DNA of 64,000 bases. Source: Rhodosorus marinus CCMP1338 (taxonomy: Eukaryota; Plantae; Rhodophyta). The stretch lies in assembly GCA_029953675.1 (NCBI GenBank), contig JAMWBK010000009.1, forward strand, positions 1,674,001 through 1,738,000. The letters are read 5' to 3'. Of this stretch, positions 52,061 to 64,000 are shown piece by piece; the first letter of the stretch is position 1, and the number at the start of each line of letters is the position of its first letter. The notes under the pieces are model-generated. The model had not been told where the DNA came from, ran no database searches, and was given only the letters and a program-made list of their open reading frames with translations. Position numbers and translations under genes: made by a program.

Positions 52061-53166
52061 ATGGGGGGTAGACGACCCAAGAAGGGACAGACTCGAGTGT
52101 CAACTGGTCGTCAAGGGCTTCGAGGTTCGCACGTATGGCAGAACAGCAACGAGGACGACGGAGTCGGTGGGAGCAGCGAGATTCCGGAACCACCTGAACG
52201 GGTACCTTTGTATATGTGGGACTTTGGGCAGTGTGATTCAAAAAGATGTACAGGACGGAAACTTGCTAGAGCAAGAATGATTCGTGAATTGAGAACGAGT
52301 CAGCGGTGTAGAGGAGTTGTTCTCACGCCGGTGGCATCCATTGCTGTATCCAGAGCAGATCGTGATGTAGTTGAGAGGTAGCCCTTAAAATCATACAAAA
52401 AAGGATCGCCTGGGGGACCGTATTTATAATTTGTGGTCGGTTGGTCAGGTCTCAAAAGGTTGCGATTCCCGTTTGTCTGTCGATTATTCACACACAGGTA
52501 CGGAATTGGCGTTGTCGACTGCTCCTGGGCACAGCTGGACAACGTCCCATTCGCGAAACTCAAATGTGGGGAAAAACGACTTCTGCCGTTTCTTTTGGCT
52601 GCAAACCCGGTCAACTATGGAAAACCACTCAAGCTCACTTGTGCTGAGGCGATAGCTGCAACTTTGGCGATCACCGGCTTTCAAGACGAAGCAGAAAAGG
52701 TGAACCTATGGAGTCCCTGTTCGTCTCCTCGAGTCCGCAAGGATTCCTCGCCGGCTATCCTCTTGTATTGAATGGAAGCTGTGACTTTGCTCAGGTCATG
52801 TCCAAGTTTAGTTGGGGTGATTCCTTCTTCGCGCTCAACGGTGAACTGCTTCAAGAGTATGCTGAATGTGAGAACAGCACTGCCGTCGTGGAAGTGCAGC
52901 GGGTTTACTTGGAAGATGCAGAAAATGAGCGAAAACGTGGTGAGGAGCAAGAAAGCGATGACGACCTCCTCAAGCGGAATCCAAATCACGTTTATGAGGA
53001 GCATTCGGAGAGCCCGGAATCAGGAGAAGGTACTGACGAGCTAGAGACTGGTGATGAGGCCGAGCTCAGCGAGGATGCAGAGAGTCGGGGAGAAGACGAT
53101 CGAGGGGGTGGAGAACTTGCATCAAACATCCAGGAGGTGAAAAGCGCATATTTTAGTCCCGAATGA
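52061..53166 (+). CDS. TSR3: 18S rRNA aminocarboxypropyltransferase
   Basis: [69 protein letters not shown], and an acidic tail. Confidence 0.96.
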
Positions 53167-53837
53167 AACCTCTCTCCATTCATCTTGTTATCATCAGTTG
53201 AACGGGACGTGAAGGGAGGTCGGTGAACTTTTATCCTTGGTCCTAGTTGGCAAGAACTGAAGGCCTATCTTCCAAACAAATTGCCTATTCCCGATCATGA
53301 TTGATCACGGACAACCCAGTAGCCATGCCGCAACTCCTCATTGCTGATAGTCGCCCGATATGTCACGCGCGTTGCGATGCGTTTACTCGTGATGGGGGAC
53401 GGCGAGATGAAATCCGAGCCGTCGGAGAATAGTCTGACGACCTCCCCAAAAATACTCCTATGATTGGAGAGGAAAAGGACTGGGGTCGACGCTCATTTCG
53501 CTTGGGCCTATCACGAAGGATAAATCGAAGTGATAAAAGGCCTTTGAAGTGTTGCCATCGCAGAGGAAATGAACTGTGGTTCGGACGTGTTGTCTAACAG
53601 TCTTGCCTACTCCGTCAGTGAACGACACTCGTGAATGAAACAGAAGTCACCGATGAAGAGGGCTGTAGGCAGAGTCAATGACGGAGCTAATACCAAAAGG
53701 GTTCTTTAAGAAGAGCTCTACTCTCAAGTAAACGACCACGGTTCGCATGCGAAAAATTCGCCGCACAAAAACTTAACGAAATATCCCGGGCTTGATCTGG
53801 CCGTGGATCTTAACCCAGCCTGTGAAAAGGGTGGTTC

Positions 53838-56800
53838 CTAATGAGAACTTGGAACCTGCGCACTATCCAGCGTTCGAGTATTCCCGGCCCTCGAAAACAC
53901 GATCTGGTGCAGGCCCAAGGTTCGCGACGCGAAACCTGCCTCACAGTAGAGGAAGTAGTAGTTCCACATTCTTATAAACAAATCATCGAATCCCAGCTCG
54001 CACACGCGTTCTTTGCTCTCGTTAAACCTGAGCCTCCAGTCCGATAGGGTTCGAGCATAGTCCGGACCAAAATTGTCCACCTGCTCAACACAAAGAGACG
54101 AGCTCGTGGACATCGCCTCCATGAGTGCTGACACGCTGGGGCAACATCCACCAGGGAAAATATAGGTTGAAATGAAGTCGCTAGAGTCCCTGTACGCCTC
54201 ATATCTCTCCTCGGGGGTCGTAATCACCTGCCCATTAATCCCGAGAATGCATGGTGTTCGGTCAATGACGAAGTTCAATTCTGTCCTCTACATGGTCCAC
54301 GACAAAGGCAAAAAAAGGAGCACGCTATAGTGCGATCTTCATTACCTGTACAACCAGCACCCCATCTGGCTTCAAGTATTTTTCGCACGATTCGAAAAAA
54401 CTTCCAAGATACTCATGGCCCACAGCTTCCAGCATTTCGATAGAAACAATTCTATCAAATGTGCCGCTAATCGCTCTGTAGTCGCAGAGTAGAATCTCAA
54501 CGAGATCTTCTACCCCAGCAGCTTTTACCCTGCTCCGAGCGAGTATTAGCTGCTGCTCAGAAAGGGTCACGCAGGTCATTCGACACCCAGTTGTTTTCGC
54601 TGCAAAAATTGCGAATTCACCCCAGCCGCACCCAATCTCGAGCACATGACAGTCTGAGTCGATCCGTGCGAGATTCAGGATCCGCTGCAGCTTTGCTCGC
54701 TGGGCATCGTCCAGCGAGAAGGAGTCCTCTAGCCAGAGCCCACACGAGTACGTCCAGGAATCCCCTGTCAAGTGAAAAGTGAAAGCGTTTGTTCGTCAGT
54801 TGCGGCCAACGGTTCACCATTGATCCAGCGTTTTTTCAGACATCTTACCCAAGAAAGTTGCAAACAGGTCATTCGATAAATCATAGTGTGCCTCAATGTT
54901 CTTTTTGCTTCCGCTCTGCGAATTTCGCCTCAAAACTTTGTGAGCCTGGACGAGCATAGAGGTCGCTTCCTTTCAGTCCTTTCAGTCCTTTCAATGGAAA
55001 CCTCAACTCAACCAAAAATTTCCCGCCTTCGTAGCCCGGTAGGGTCGTTCAACAGCGGTAGAACATGAACGTCATCGAGGGAACCGAACCATTTTCCCGA
55101 GCAAACGGATTGCTAGGCTCTGAGAGAATCTTACCGTGTCATTCAACAGCCTGCCCAAACGGGAAGAGCTCAGCTTGGAATTTGACAAATTGCTCGCATC
55201 TCTGTTCAAAATCAGAATGTTGAGTAGATCCAACAGTTTTGCGTGCGATTCAAATTCTATGGCACGCATCATATACGCCTCTGCGAACCCGATGTCGGCA
55301 AAGACAGCGACCTGTGAATAAAACTGTGGGCTAATGACAAACATCTCACTGACTGGCCTTCCCGAGGACAGCGCGTCCTCCTGGCTCTGACCGAACACCC
55401 TCCTGGACCCCAAGTGATCAATTAGCGTCAAGGAGCCAATCTGAATGCTTGAATCAATGAAGTTTTCCACGATTGGTCTACTGATGGAATTCGAAATAAG
55501 TTTCCAAGCCGATTGGTCACCATGAGCCACAGTATCCCGAGCTTTCAGAGTATTTAGAACGCCAAGTCGAGATTTCCAGGGAACGTCTACTCCTGAGATT
55601 TTTGATGCCACTTCCAAGCCTGAGCGGGCACCGTCTTCGTGGAATCCGTAGTAGGCCCATGATCCACAATAGTAGGTGCCCTTTTCTCCCTGGAGGAGAG
55701 CCAGAGATTTTTGCGCTTCCAAGGATTCCGGGAGAAAGGTTGGATGGGACTTCGTGAATTTCCCGACTATCAGCTCTTCAGGGATTGGTACGGTGGGATT
55801 AAGCGTTTCAAATAAGTTAGGAACCCCTTCTGTCGGTAAGTTGTTCTTCTGCAGTTTGTTCAGGTAGTAAGTGGTGCACACAGCACCAGTTCCATCACTT
55901 TCAGGAGTTTTCCTGGTGAAATTCCACGCGCTCCATGCCGATTTAGATCGCGGCATCCACGAAGCATCTCTGTGGAGGATGCACTCTGCGCTGCTTACAT
56001 GAAACTTGGAGAGAGTGTCCTGCTCAGCAACAGTACTTCCATCCCCGAGGATCGATAGCGCCGTGGGCGCATGTGTCGCGAACACCACCTTGTCAAATTC
56101 TTGCTCCTCCTCAAGAGCGTCTGAAGTTACCCTAACACCGAAGGAGCCCCGCTCTACCCGAGATATTCTTACGCCACTGCGCATCTTACCACCTCTAGCG
56201 ATCACGTCATTGCATATCTTCGCAACATACTGTTGGCTGCATCCTTTTACGGTTCGCCAGCTTGGTCGATCCCAAATCTGGGCGAGGCGATGGTTGTGGA
56301 AGAACCTGAAAATGAACTTGGCCGGTACATCGAGAGAGCCTTGCAACGACGCAGACCAAACCTGGGAAAGCGGAAGGCAGCTTTCTGCGTAAGCACCCTC
56401 AGTGTCATGCAAACTATTGCTGAGACCTTCTTCAATTCTCACCGAGGATATCATTGGAGCTAGATAGCGCTCAATAAACACATCCGAGTATCTTCGCTCT
56501 TCTAAGAATTCGCGGATTGATGGTCCGACACTTTCGTGGTCTTCGTATTTGTGCAGAAACAAGGGCATCTCCTTGTTAAAACGATTCATGTCCCACCTGG
56601 GGAACAGATATCCATCCGAATAAGAACGCTAAGAAACACCGAAAACGAGGGGGAAGAGTAGAACAACTGAATCGCCGCTGGACTCTCAGCTACTTACAGC
56701 ATCCTATAGAAAGATGGGTTTAAGATGCTCGTCCTCGACGCGAGGAGAGAAGCCATGTTCTCGCTTCCCCATTCAAAGCCTGAACCAAGGGAGACGCTGA

Positions 56801-57062
56801 AAGACATATCGGACTCCACGGTCTCCACATCCAGTTCATCGAAAAGTGAAACCAGGTTCGGATAGGTGACATTGTTATATACAAGGAAACCAATGTCCCA
56901 ATCTGTACCGTCAACATTCACAGTATGGGCATTTCCACCAAATCGATCCTCCGCTTCAAAGACTGTCACGTCGCATTTGCCACTTCTTTGCAGATGCCAT
57001 GCCGCGCACAGCCCGGAAACGCCCGATCCAATTACCGCGACACGCTCTTTCGTCCTCTCCAT
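53838..57062 (-). CDS. Fusion of an FAD-dependent oxidoreductase (amine-oxidase fold) and a cyclopropane-fatty-acid-synthase-type SAM methyltransferase
   Basis: N-half: [60 protein letters not shown]-half: [59 protein letters not shown]. The two halves lie in one spliced frame, with the junction inside ORF 55072-56589. Confidence 0.94.
54969..54993. repeat. Intronic tandem repeat (CCTTTCAGT)x2.8
   Basis: 9-mer repeats in the long intron of the fusion gene. Confidence 0.8.
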
Positions 57063-58943
57063 CTAACCAGCCAACGCGATCCCCTTCAGCACCGTTTCAA
57101 CATCAAACCCCGCATTTTAACAGCTTCAATCGCTATTCACTCACGATTGGTTACTCACGGACAGCCTCTTTGGCGGTCAACCAAGGAACTCCAGCAACAC
57201 AAAATCTAGCCTAGCTCAGAACCAGGGAAGCAATGTATTTCCCGAACGCGGACGCTGCTGTCTCGCTGGCTGGCACAACAAGCCTTGACCAATCGACCCT
57301 ATACTTTCCTCTCCCAATCTTAGAAGCCCCTCGAGCATCGAATGTATCATCCCATTCAGCTATCCTCACCAAAGCCGATCAACTTCAACAGCGTACTCTT
57401 TGAAAGCTCGCAACCCAAACTCACAACCACGATTTGATTGTTCTGTTGATGCGATTCCCTATCGTATTTTATTGCCGATAATGCGTCCCCACCGCAACAC
57501 CCCAAAACACCCGAAATTCTTAGCATTCAGAGGGGGTAGGTACCCACGATGCCGATTTTTCATAATAAAGCATTTCTCTCTGGTCCCCCCCATTGTTGCG
57601 CCTGGACCATTCCTTCTAGATGTTCAAAAAAACAACGGACAGTCTGTCTCTAATTTTTTAGTCGGATTATGAAATATGATTATGTTTTTCGCTCTCTTCC
57701 TTATTTGGTCAATGGAACATATACATCTCCGATCAGCCGCCATATTATGGGGGTATAGATTTTGATCAAAAATATGCAAGCGTGCCTTCTGTTTGACTGT
57801 GCCTGTCTGTGTGTGTATTAAAATCGTACGATGAATTCTTCTCCAGAGTACGTTTAGCATTTTGATTTCGGGGTGACTTTTTATATTTTAAATACATGAA
57901 GATTTCAGCGTTCATGCAAGGAATCAAGGGCTTTATTTTTTTTCAAGGCCATCAGGCCGATCACTTGTTTCTTTTTGGCCAGACTTGGTAGCTTGCATGC
58001 AATAGAATAATGATTTGAGGTTGATAATTAAACACTGGGATTTACATGGCCATTCATTGGTAAAGGATCTAACTGACATTTATTTTCTTTATGTTTTATT
58101 GGGAGATTTCCCACAATTAATCCAATAGATTAGCAGATATGGTTATCACGACCATTTAGTCGACTGAATATTCGTATTATCGCCAATGAGGGGCGTTTTT
58201 AATCGAAATAGGGCTCGTAGTCCAATGGCCATCTGTAATAGGAAGCTACGGTTATCTTATCATTCAATGGCTTTCATTCGGCCAAGGACTAGCGCAGTGT
58301 TGAGAGCTGCCATCTGGCTAGGCCGACTGACGTGGATAGGGTAGGGAGGCATGTATGGCTGTGCAAAAGCCAATGAAGTACTTTAGGGACGTTTGCGGTA
58401 GCTCATATGACTGGAACTTTTTTTGAATGTTTTGCCTTCCAGAAGAACGGAGAGAGCAAAAATTTCTTACCGTTTTTGATGAACTCATCATTCTGGTTCA
58501 CCGATGGCCTCGTTTGCTTCAAGAAGTTCCCAATCGCAACTCATGACGGCGATACGCTTTTCTAAGAAGCCATCATTCAGGAGCAGGCCTTCGTCACTAG
58601 TTCGTCAGTACACATTCTCCCAAGATGACGGGCTGCCTCCGCATCGCAAATCCCGTTGTGAAAGCCAAGACAGTGGCTCTTACATGCCGGCCCGCAAGAG
58701 TCTGCCTGTGCTCGCGGCAACAACTTCAGCGCCTTCGCTGCAAAACGTTATCCCAAAACGAAGATGAAGGCGTATTCTTGAGGCGTTTTCCTGCGCAGAG
58801 TGTATTTCTCCCTCCTCGGGGTTGCTAGCCCTCGAATGAAAGTCTCGATGAAAGCGGGACTGGCCTTGGGGTCTCAAAACCGTAGAAGCTGCATCCTCTT
58901 AGGTTATGCACGAAATGCGTCTGTGCTGAAGGATGCTCACCGG

Positions 58944-59633
58944 ATGAAGGTTCTCGGCTTTTGTAGCCAGAGCATGGCTACGATTCCTGGCGCTCGCGGG
59001 AGATGCGGAAGGGCATCCATTGTTTGCATGGCGCGGAAAGAGCGAAGCCTTGTTCATCGCCTTGCGTCCGGAAACGGGGTTCTATACGTAAGGAATTTTT
59101 TGGAGAAGAACGACTTCGAGCAGGTCGTCCAGTATTCTGCAAGCGTTCAGTCAAGAGCAAAGAAGGAAGTGAACTCACTTGCTATGAATCGACTGGGCTT
59201 ACAAGTGCCGAGTCGGGCTCTAATAACTACTATCTTCCACAGCGACAGGCTCGTGAAGAGGCTGCGAATCATGCTGGAGGAAACCCGGCTCGTACCTGCC
59301 GACTACCCCTTAGAACTGAGGTACTACGTGCCTGGATCGGAGATGCAGTGGCACAAGGACGATCAACTATATACTGAGCCAACATTTGAGGCAGTATTTA
59401 CCATTTTTAACTTCTCTGATAGCAATACGGAGTGGATTGACAGGAATGGCGAGCTTAGAACGCAATGGACCGAGCCCAACTCGCTTCTACTTGTACAATC
59501 TCAGTCAGCACTTCACCGTGTGAGCAAGATACGAAGAGGAGAGCGCGGAATACTCAAGCTCGTTTATACAACTACCCTTGAGCGCTCCAATAGCTACGAG
59601 AGATGCTCCAAGTCCTTCCACAAGAAGCGATGA
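58944..59633 (+). CDS. 2-oxoglutarate/Fe(II)-dependent oxygenase, probably plastid-targeted, intronless
   Basis: Facial triad and co-substrate residues in MQWHKDD...ALHRVSKIRRGERGILK (HxD...H...R). Basic Ser/Arg-rich N-terminus. The ORF is open from 58800, and the start at 58944 is my choice. Confidence 0.8.
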   Translation: MKVLGFCSQSMATIPGARGRCGRASIVCMARKERSLVHRLASGNGVLYVRNFLEKNDFEQVVQYSASVQSRAKKEVNSLAMNRLGLQVPSRALITTIFHSDRLVKRLRIMLEETRLVPADYPLELRYYVPGSEMQWHKDDQLYTEPTFEAVFTIFNFSDSNTEWIDRNGELRTQWTEPNSLLLVQSQSALHRVSKIRRGERGILKLVYTTTLERSNSYERCSKSFHKKR

Positions 59634-59768
59634 TGAGAGCACCACGAGAAAATCAGAGTAAAAGCTCCTGCCAAAAGTCGACGAAATTCAGCGACGTCAA
59701 AGAGCATGGACCAGGGCCCCTCCTGCTAGTGCAACCACATTGATGACGACGCTGACGTGCTGCCATAT

Positions 59769-60873
59769 TCAAGATTGAACTTCGTCGAATTTTGGACGAA
59801 CAAGGAGGTAGAAGATGATTCCGAAAAAGGGAACAAATGATGCTATGTTTTTGACCGTTGGATCCGAAAACTTGCGACGAGCCATATCGTCCGGGACGAG
59901 AGCGCCTTGGAACAACGCGAAGATTGCACTGTCGAGTAGGAAAGTCCACGCTAGTCTATCCGTCGAGAGTATTTGGATCAGCGCTGTCCACCTCTGGTGA
60001 ATATCGCCGAAGTTGTCACCTCCTCGACCGAACGCAGACCACCAAAGGCTAATTCCGGCAACTCCAAGCATCAGGAGAGGCAGGAGTTTACTTTCTGAAG
60101 CGCGGAACAGTACCGTGCCCATCTCTTCACGTGTGGGCGGTACAGTGTTCTCTTTCCGCAGAGCGAGATATAGCAAGTAGAATGCTTCGCAGCGCAGGGA
60201 GTAAAAAATTAACATGACAAAGGCATCAAGGATCACGGATGGATCAGAGCGAAGAATTCGGAAACTCAGAATCAGCAAGGGGATCGCAAAATCCAACCGT
60301 TTCTGGGATCGTAAAAAGGGCCCCCTTGTTTTAGCGCTGGGCTTACCATTGGTCAAAAACGCACTACCCACCACAAACGGAGTTATTTTAGTTTTTTGCT
60401 TCTCTCCTCCATCGCTGAGGAAACCAAGGATCAAACCGAATCCATATATCACCGTGAAGTTGAAGATCGCCTCCAATCCGGGGTCCACGAGGGGAGCAAG
60501 CTAAAAGGAGCACAATAGTCTTTGTTAGCACGGTCTTCAGTAGCAAATCTGAGGTACTACTTTATGTGCAGCTCACCTGGGGCAGGAACGCTGGGGTAAC
60601 GAACCAAAAGTTTAGCGAGAGATTAATCGCTTCAACTAGTGCCCCCTTTGCATTGAAAACATTGTCACCAGGCGGGGCTTGTGAAAAAAATGCCACGTAC
60701 ACATAGGAAGCCCATGCAGTCCAAAGGGCAGGTTTCCTGAAGTCTGCGCAAGTCCACCGAACCCTGCCCAAAGACCTCCTAATCCCGACTCTTTTGAGCT
60801 GTCCACGAGGGGATTGCGAATTGCCGCTAGAGCGTCCGCAGCGTGACCCCGTCACATTCAGGCCGAATGCCAT
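59769..60873 (-). CDS. DUF2834-like plastid membrane protein
   Basis: MAFG transit peptide, LWTAWASYVYVAFFSQAPPGD, LEAIFNF, DGGEKQK, YLLYLALR, DSAIFALFQGALVPDDMARR and VPFFG..YLLVRP. Resembles the cyanobacterial/plant DUF2834 family from memory. Confidence 0.7.
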
Positions 60874-61209
60874 CCTTCTGATAGGTCCCATACTCGACGC
60901 CATTCGAGCTCTGCAAACCCTAACCAACGCGGTGTTTTGAGCCTCCCCAATGGCGATAGAGGTTACGATCGATCAGGATGTAGACGTACGGAAGATAGAG
61001 TTCAAGTGTGATCGTGGCTCGGGAATGCAAATTTTTCCTCGGGCACGGACCGGAAAAAGTGGTATCAAGGTTCTAGATCGAAGTACCTGATTCGAATATG
61101 CCATAGAGTCTGTTTGTTTTACTAACATCGGAGCTATGAATAGTCGTGTTCATCTTTTTGTACATCCAAGCGCTATTGCAAGCCTCAAGAGTCTCCCACG
61201 TGCAACTGA

Positions 61210-62505
61210 TCACCAATGCCCCCTACTACGAGATAGTGGGACTCCGCTGACATCGACTTTCAGGGATAGGGCCCTCTGATAGCTTGACAGGTAAGAGCGG
61301 TTGAAGAAGATCGGGTCCAAATACGCAACGTCGTCAACCACAAAGTCCTGCAAGACTCGGATTTGATAAATATATGGCCAGTTCTTTCCAGTGACGAACA
61401 GTCTATTACGCTCCCGATCGTATGCTATACCGTTCATTATGCTTACGTGCACCGTCTCCCGTGTCACTGAGAATATCCCGTAGCAGTCGACCCAGGAGTT
61501 GACCGTTCCCGAGAGCGGGTCAATTCTAGCCAGTAGCAGCGTTCCATAAACGTTGGCCCAAATCTACAAGACAGCACAGAAAACAATTGGAGAGCCTTTA
61601 GAGGGACGACCTTGACGCGTTTAGCCCATGCACAAGCACACTCTACCTCGTCCCCGATAAATTCCAATTCATTGAGGAGGTGGATGCTCCTTCCTCGATC
61701 CGCAACCTGGATTCTCCTTGTTTCCTTGAGACTGCCTGGGTCCAGAACACGAATTGTCGCACTGCCATCCGACAAGTACAGCTCTCTCTCATCTTCGTTC
61801 AGTGTTAAGCCCCACCCATCACCGTCAAACTTCCATTCACCCTTGAAGTCAAGCGAGGACGAATCAACCAGGTAACCTCGACCCGACTGCCATGTCAGAA
61901 CTGCGAACTCACCCGTGCCTGTGCTGCTGATCCCCTCCGCAAAGTCTCTGTCCAAATAGCAAGGTGGGAAGACACACATCGGCTCAGAAAGGGGCCCAAG
62001 TTCCTCTCACCCAGTGAATGGACCGTTGCTCTGGGTTCCAACAGCCTGATAGTGATTGACCAGCACAACTTACGAGTCAGGAAATGCCGTTTCCTTGATT
62101 ATGTCTCCGGTGTCTGCATCAATGCGCAAAACGCGGCTCTTCCCAAACTGTCCAACAGTTTCCACTAAGCTGCCATTGCTGAACAGGAATCCCTGCGTGA
62201 ACGAGTCCGTACCGTGCGGAAGAGTGGAGATGATCTCATAGTCCGCGACCCAGCCAATCTGAAAATTCATGAAACCAGGAACAAGAGAAAACGCAGAACC
62301 TCTCTGAGAAGATGCTGCGAGCGAACATGATTCTGAAAATACGCACAACTTCATCCGCGACTCGCTCTTTGCGATACTGGTGTACTAAGAGGGACACGAC
62401 CACTGCCAACAAACAGAAGACTAGAGCGCCAGATTTCCTAACCTCAAATATATTAAACACATGCTTGGTTCCAGGAGGTTTCCTGGCAACCCTTCGCCTC
62501 CCCAT
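61210..62505 (-). CDS. Glutaminyl cyclase (plant/bacterial five-bladed beta-propeller type) with N-terminal membrane anchor
   Basis: PHGTDSFTQG, FAEG, LTWQ, GDGWGLT, LYLSDGS, LNELEFI, IWANV, MNGIAYD...LFVTGKNWP. Exon 1 has a basic tail followed by ALVFCLLAVVVSLLV. Confidence 0.92.
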
Positions 62506-64000
62506 CCCCACCAAAAGAAACCACTCAAACCCCTCAGATTCAAAACCATTCACCCTCGACGACCATATCACCCCACCCTGACTCAAGACCCGAAACTCTA
62601 CACCAGTCTCATCACATCAAGGCCCAGAAACACCCACGAAAACTCATACCTCTAAATCCTTCATCCATTCCTTGTAAGGCTACGGCAAACTTCTCTTTGT
62701 ATTTGTTACAGCAACATATGGTCTCCCCACCCAAAAAATCCCCTTGAGCCACCTGCTGTCCCAAATCTATATCTACCAGCAAGCGTTCAGATGGCACACT
62801 GACCTCATGAATCTCGAATTAGACAATCCCCCTGGTCGCTGGTCCGCGCGCTCGCGCTCTGCAAACCACGGCCAAAAAAAACAAGATCTGAGATGAGATG
62901 ATCGAAAAGCAACTTGTGCCCCTTGTGCCATGACAGTGCGGGGGACGCATCTTTCCAAAGCTTTTTCGACCACCGAAATGTTTGAGTCGGCTTGGATATC
63001 GACCGCTTTGGAATAGCAGCCGCTGTTGTGCTGTTCTTAAGGTAGTGTGCGGCGATGTTCTGGGCAGGCTGGCAGAGCCATCGTGCCGGTCGAATGCTGA
63101 CGGACCATAAGCGTGCCGTTCTTGTATTCAACATTGACAAGGGTAGATGTTCAACGTCCTCTCTAAGGTTTTCCATCGCGCTCGTGAAGAAAGACGTCGT
63201 GCCTCCAGGTACCTCATGTAAGCACCGGGTTGAACAGCTTCAGCGTAGTCTGCCTGGTTCCGCTCCTGGCATGGAAAGCTCTTCACCACGCCTCCGATTC
63301 CGCCTGGGGGGCAGACGCCAGGGTTGCCGTCGGAGGGTTCACTGTCCTTGCAAATTCTTATCGCGTGTTCTACGTCGATTTATCGAAAAAAAAACTTACG
63401 GCTTCTAGCAAACCTAGGCCTGTCCGAGATCAGAGAGGCTCCACCCGACTAGTCGGTGCAGCAAACCAAATCCTAGTCGGCCTATCTCCGTAATATTCCG
63501 CCACGCAGGATGTAGCAAGGATTGAGCTGACTGCTTAGCCAAATTCTGGTCGAGCTAGCCAAGAGGGGCCAAGTCAGCCGTGCGATTGGACCGAATTTCG
63601 CAGGGCTACGGAAAGGGAACTTGCACTTCGAACCTCAGTGGACACGGCTGGATGAACAGGACAGAGCCATATTCCGGCTTTACCGAGCAGATAATTCCGC
63701 ATTGTTTTCATGGACACTAGATAGGCTCTTTGCTCATCGTTCCTGTATGCTGGGCTCAACCATGGAGCTCCTCGACACCCAGGCTACTCCGGAGTTGCTT
63801 CTAATATACTTCCCATTGAAAACATGATTGTGGGCGTACGCTTGTCACGGAAGACGAGACAAAGCCGGGAGAACGGTGCTAATGCAATCACGAGGTCCTC
63901 TGGCAGTTGGCGCAAGAAGAGAATACCTAAAAGTCATCAATAACCCACGGGTACCCTGCTCGGCGCACGTTGCGAGGGACACGTCCTTACGTTATGTCCT

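Noticed and set aside
28182-53166. Apparent cluster of RNA/DNA-processing genes (PRP31, TSEN54, MCM9, RFC5, TSR3)
   Set aside because: They are interspersed with unrelated genes, and such housekeeping genes are common in compact genomes. Only the MCM9/RFC5 pair was kept.
13720-57062. LACS and the CFA fusion as a lipid gene cluster
   Set aside because: They are about 37 kb apart with more than a dozen unrelated genes between them.
21863-63493. Numerous 60-170 aa ORFs in the track overlapping real genes (e.g. 21863-22339, 25138-25641, 28012-28539, 34505-35014, 44930-45283)
   Set aside because: They are antisense or alternate-frame shadows of well-supported coding exons, with no independent motifs.
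1-64000. CRISPR arrays, prokaryotic defence operons, rRNA, tRNA, telomeric repeats
   Set aside because: I saw no spaced direct repeats, no operon structure and no cloverleaf with both A and B boxes. GTTCGA-type hits (e.g. 6645, 33753, 54049) lack flanking stems.

Overview
This is eukaryotic nuclear DNA, not prokaryotic. Genes are closely packed and interrupted by short GT-AG introns (about 50-190 nt), so the ORF track splits or misses most of them. Plastid-type transit peptides starting MAF/MSAF, a PsbQ-like lumen protein and a cyanobacterial-type DUF2834 protein point to a photosynthetic eukaryote, most plausibly a unicellular red alga (inference). I reconstructed about 20 genes by hand: a tandem pair of 4-TM MARVEL-like genes (one apparently frameshifted), a C2H2 zinc finger, long-chain acyl-CoA synthetase, plastid inositol monophosphatase, a P1B Cu(I)-ATPase with an expanded HMA array, an HSBP1-like coiled-coil gene absent from the ORF track, PRP31, a very long CIPK/SnRK-like kinase, PsbQ-like, TSEN54, RNF181, MCM9, RFC5, an RBR E3 ligase, TSR3, a flavoprotein-CFA-methyltransferase fusion, a 2OG-Fe(II) oxygenase, DUF2834 and a plant/bacterial-type glutaminyl cyclase. 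I found no rRNA, tRNA, CRISPR array or intact transposon. The best leads are: (i) the flavoprotein-methyltransferase fusion divergent from a 2OG oxygenase, a candidate methyl-branched/furan fatty-acid pathway; (ii) a Cu-ATPase HMA array built by exon duplication, with one copy lacking CxxC; (iii) a kinase whose two folded domains are separated by about 1,250 acidic residues; (iv) an unexplained inverted dispersed repeat of about 90 bp. Exon boundaries are manual readings and some 5' ends are approximate.
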